Made by a program: the position numbers and the translations under genes. Below are positions 59,421 to 64,000 of a stretch of 64,000 nucleotides of DNA, piece by piece (the first letter of the stretch is position 1; every line of letters starts with the position of its first letter). Location of the stretch: contig NC_043012.1 of assembly GCF_006345805.1 (NCBI RefSeq), positions 55,676,001 to 55,740,000 on the forward strand, given 5' to 3'. This stretch comes from Octopus sinensis. Its lineage: Eukaryota. The notes under the pieces are model-generated. The model did no database searches. It had not been told where the DNA came from and was given only the letters and a program-made list of their open reading frames with translations.

Positions 59421-62043
59421 GTATTAACCAATGTTAAGGAAAGAAAAACTTAAACATCGTTTCGCAAATTTCAACAAAGATTCACACGAACAATTCTCGC
59501 GCTAACAACTACAACAACGAATTCTACCTCCACCATCGCCACTATAACCTATACTTCGATACCTGATCCTCTCCTCCGCTCACTCAACTGTTAAGTGATC
59601 TGAAACCGTGTAGAATTAAGTACACTGCCTAGAAACACGAGCTGTTGTTGTTGTTGTCGTTGTTATTGTTTAACACCAGGCCAGGCTTCTTCCAACAGAC
59701 CCTTAATGATAGGCACTCTAATCCAACCCGACCTAATCCTGTTTTTGTTGTTGTTTTCATTCCCCCACTCATCCTCATAATTATAAGGGAAGGAGTAATT
59801 GACAGGTTCGGAGAATTCCAACCCACAGCTTCATGCAAAAATAATAATTATCTAACATTTATTTTAAGTGTGTTTTACGTAAATCAGACGGTTAGCAGTG
59901 GGTTCATTTTATGAATTAAAAAAACACAAACCCCAACTCGACTGAAATGCAGGCCACGCCCATGTTTTGAAGAGTAGTATATATCTAGAACTATATTATG
60001 AAAATGTGATCGTCTCTATTTAAAACTTTTAAGATGGTAGGGTGGGAGATTTAAAGAAAATTCAGCTGCTATTTCTAGCATGTAAGAAAACTACGCACAG
60101 AAAAGCTCTCTCGGCGACTTTAGAAACAAAAAAATCACAATATGCAGCGTAATAGGTTTGAACTCCTGTCGTATAAAGCGGTAGCCCGATAGCTTATCCA
60201 TTCGGCCATTTCATCTCCACACTGAATTGATATGGGTTTCTTTCATGTGTACCTGGACCATTTTTTTTTTCAGACGGTTATTATTTAATGTTATCCCCTG
60301 TGTATTTACATGAGCCCCACCCCCCAAAGGAGCCTCTACCATCTGAATTAAAAGGCGCATAAGATAATATACCCCTATATGCCTTTCAAAAAAACGAGAT
60401 AGTCATAGCTGGAACGTCTTTGATTTCACTATGAGACCATTTAATGAAGATTGACCTGGAGCTAATCAATAAACAACTGCTACAAAAATGAGCCAATGAA
60501 GGACACATTGAGTAATGCAAGTCCTTCCAACAACTAAAAAAAAAACCAGACGGTCACGGCGGGAAAATCTCTGGTCATAATGTCTGTTCAGTGTTGACCT
60601 GGGGCTTAACTAAAAATAAAAACATCGACGGGACACTTTGGATAAGGTGATGATCACGACGGGGAAGCGATTGACCATAGAACTCAATCAAATATGACCT
60701 AGGGTTAAAAACAACACCGCAACAACGAGCGGTACCTATTTTATTATCAACATATTCTCAGCTCCAGTGAAAGATAGAATAAATTTGACTGTCGTATGAT
60801 TCGAACCTTTTTGCAAAAACAAAAAAAAATGAAGAACAAAACAAAACTTTAAAACGAAATTGCTAACAATATATTTAAGAAACATTTTATTATCTTAGCT
60901 CCCACCACCAAGCATACGCCGCCGCCACCACCACGCATACGCCGCCGCTACCACCACACCCATGTTATCGAAATAATCATATAAGACTAACTATAATAAT
61001 ACTAACAAATGTTGACGTTAAATTCATTACTTATTAAAAATGACAACGTGGCCTTATTTCACACATTTCTGCCCTCTCTCTTTAGTTGTTTTTTCATTTT
61101 CTCTCTTTAAGAGAAAGAGATAGACAGGAGAACGTGAGACAAGAGAGAGATAGGAAGAGAGAGGGTGAGTGAGAGAAAGAAAGGAGAGGAGATATATTTA
61201 TATTAAATAAATAAATTCAAAGTCCGTGTTTCTAAAACTTTATTTAGTTAATGAGTCTCAACTTTTGTAAATATGTCGTTTAAACAATAGTTGTTTAAAA
61301 GTTTCAGGTCAATCTTGACTCAGCAGATCCATAATCTATGCGATTTGGCTGCTATTTCTAACGGATCGAACGGTCATGTAAACACTCACCTCTTTGGCTA
61401 GGCAAGGCATTTTAGTTAAATAGTGGCTAACATGTTTGATGTAGTAAACCTCTAAATGTTGTGGAAAGAAAAAGAAAAGAAAAAACTCCATTAGTTGCAA
61501 TGGTTAATTCTGGTAAAGAAAAGCAAGGGAGTGAACTTTAGAATTCAATTAAAAAACTGATTGAGACCATGCAATGAGGAAATGAGTTTGATCTTTGATA
61601 AGTGTCAGTGACCACTCTAGACATGTTTCAGTTTAATGAGATCTCCTCAGAAAGTATGGCATTTGCCAGTACTAATTAGATTCTGAATAATTGATAAGAG
61701 AGATAAAGATTTTGTGTGAATAAATATTACAGCCATAACAGTTTAAAAGAAGGGTTCATGCTGGGCTAAAGGAATTAGTCAAGAACAATCTCTGTAGGAT
61801 AAAAATGGCCAAGCCTTTGCCATCACCACCAAAATTTTTGATTAATAGAATATTAACTCATAACAAGGAGAGTTTATTCTTTAACTCTTTGTGTTAACAC
61901 CATTACATTTGTGTTCCTCATAACATTGGAATGAACATGTAAGGGTTTGTAAGTTTAAATAACATTCAATAAGTGATCCATTGCTGAATGGAACTTGCAT
62001 CAAGCAAGCCATTGGTCAAGGGAATTGTTTTTTAAATAAACTT

Positions 62044-62385
62044 TTTTGGCCAGATTGGCTTATTGTCCTCTACTTTAAAAAATGGATTTACTGACAGGTC
62101 TTTTGTCAAATGGAACTTTTGTCTAGTAAATCATTTGTCAAGTGAACTGTTTGTCAAACAAATTTTTTGCCAGATTGACTTATTGTCCTCTACTTTGTCA
62201 AATGGACTTCTTGTTGATGGGTCTTTTGTCAAATGGACCATTTGTCAAGCAAAACATTTGTCAAAAGGATCGTTTGTCAAACTTTTTGCCAGATTGGTTT
62301 ATCATCCTTACTTCATCAAGAGGACTCCTTATCAAAAGGATCATTTATCAGGCAAGCCATTCACCAAGGGAACTGTTTGTCACTA
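62044..62385. repeat. Higher-order repeat: three units of about 120 bp built from about 15-bp TTTGTCAA subunits
   Basis: TTTT(G)GCCAGATTG recurs near 62044, 62165 and 62284; eight exact TTTGTCAA. Confidence 0.8.
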
Positions 62386-63689
62386 TAAACACATATATAT
62401 ATATATAAAGCGGCCACCCTGTGTAGTCTTCCCACCTCACACATCCAAACTTATGCCACTGTTACTGCTACCAAAGTAGTCTTTACTTCTTGGAGCTGGT
62501 CAGTCTTATACCCCTCTATTCAGACACTTCCTACACACACACACACCACACACACACACACTCTCTCTCTGCTTGTCATCCATATTGTATCCACTGCCAC
62601 AAGGCCAGCAATAACCATTATGCCTAAAATGTTGGCCCTGAGGAATTTTTTAAAATTCCTGCATCTGTTCAAGATAGACATTAGTCACATGAAGACAGAG
62701 AAGGTGAAACTCTGAGTATCAACTCATACATACTAACTTTCAAATAAATCATGGTTTTCCATTTTATCCAACAATATTGAAGACTTAATTGCTTAATTGC
62801 AATTTTCACCAATATGTAAACACTATCTGCTATGATGCAGAAATGGTTACATCTCTCTCTATATGTGTGTATACAGATGTGTGTGTGTGTGTGTGTGTTT
62901 ATTGGTATGCATATATTAAGGTTATTTCCCGGTGAAGGCATCATGGTGTGAATATATACAGATGATATATGAGTGAGTGTGTGTGCGTATATATATATGT
63001 ATGTGAGCAACTATGATATAAGGCTGAATGAGTTTCCTGCAAGCTCAGGATTACAACACAGTATTTAAAGTGAATTAGCAGAGAACCTTCCACAGCTATA
63101 CAAGTAATTGCTTCATAATTGTGTGATAATAATAATAACAATAATAATAATAATAATACAACAGCAACAGCAGTTTGTTGTCCGGAACCACACAAGCCTT
63201 AAATGATTAATTACTACAACAGATAACTATTCCTGATGTGACGTCATTTGAACTATAATGAACGTCTGACATAGGTACGCAAAGTCACAAATTAACTGGG
63301 TGGTGGTGGTGGTGGTGGTGGTGGTGGGAAGATGTAGTTGCTTATATGAACTCCCTCTCCCTTCTCTATTATTTGGATGGTGGTACTTTCGGGATGTTCG
63401 AGAAAGGATGAAAATTACAGGAGGTGAGTAATAGTAAAAAAAAATGGTAAAGGATCAGACTACGCAATCTAAAACTATTTACTTTTCTCATTCCATATTT
63501 GGTGTTCAGAAACCATTGTGGTTTCTGAACTTTGCCCTTCATCTTCCAAACACATATATTTTTTGGTTCTTTCTTCTTTCTAAAAAGTGTATGAGAGTGG
63601 TAAGCATGGTTGAGTTAGATGGTCTTGTTATGCACCTGTCGACCATGGGTAGAATTTGAGAGACGGCACTCACTTTTGGTAATCACACA

Positions 63690-63872
63690 GGACAAAATGC
63701 TTAGTGGCATTTCATCCATCTTCACATTCTAAGTTCAAATTCCTCCAAGGTTGACTTTGCCTTTCATCCTTTTGGGGGTTGATAAAATAAGCACTAGTTG
63801 ATCACCAGGGGCAAAGCAATTGACTTAGCCTTTCTCCCAAAATTATGGGCCTTGTGCCAAAATTTGAAACCA
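63690..63872 (+). mobile_element. SINE family A copy (diverged)
   Basis: AAATGCTTAG...AGTTCAAATTCC...GACTTTGCCTTTCATCCTTT...AAATTTGAAACC. Confidence 0.7.
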
Positions 63873-64000
63873 TTATTAATTTTGTCTTTGATACTTTCAG
63901 ATTTGATAAAATGATGTACCAGCTAAATACTAGTGTCAATTTAAAATGACTAACAGGGGTCACCACCACCACACCCTGCCGGAGCCTCTTGGAGCTCTAG

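Noticed and set aside
58982-59431. ORFs made of IYLS repeats
   Set aside because: Translation of the (AGAT)n microsatellite.
62063-62479. 138-aa ORF with SFVK/ICQ pentapeptide-like periodicity
   Set aside because: Arises from the 15-bp TTTGTCAA DNA repeat; no splice or domain support.
63239-63246. Palindromic CRE TGACGTCA upstream of the gene
   Set aside because: A single 8-mer; about one is expected by chance in a window this size, and there is no supporting context.

Overview
AT-rich, repeat-dense animal genomic DNA. The SINE/MITE families and microsatellite load suggest a coleoid cephalopod, probably Octopus (inferred from recalled repeat families, not a database search). The window is dominated by one minus-strand gene, a filamin. 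I traced 18 coding exons by hand with GT-AG boundaries and consistent phases, from ATG 57312 down to 186 (3959 nt, 1319 codons). They encode the CH1-CH2 actin-binding domain plus about 11 Ig/filamin repeats; the gene runs off the left edge. The first coding exon has its own acceptor at 57531-57532, so a non-coding exon and the promoter lie further upstream. The intron after the first coding exon is about 30.5 kb. The most unusual structure is at 21.5-24.6 kb, where exon 4 and about 540 bp of upstream intron are tandemly duplicated with a Helitron 3' end at the junction. The upstream copy later received a CR1-type LINE, lost its splice donor, kept its acceptor, and gained a 2-nt deletion that puts a TAA right after the actin-binding domain, giving a candidate ABD-only isoform or poison exon. 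Also present: Penelope-type hammerhead-like motifs, hAT and piggyBac MITEs with target-site duplications, several SINE families with nested and inverted copies, a 371-nt pure purine tract, a 3x128-bp tandem repeat, and an apparent CpG-rich domain around the 5' end. No CRISPR, rRNA or intact tRNA genes were found.
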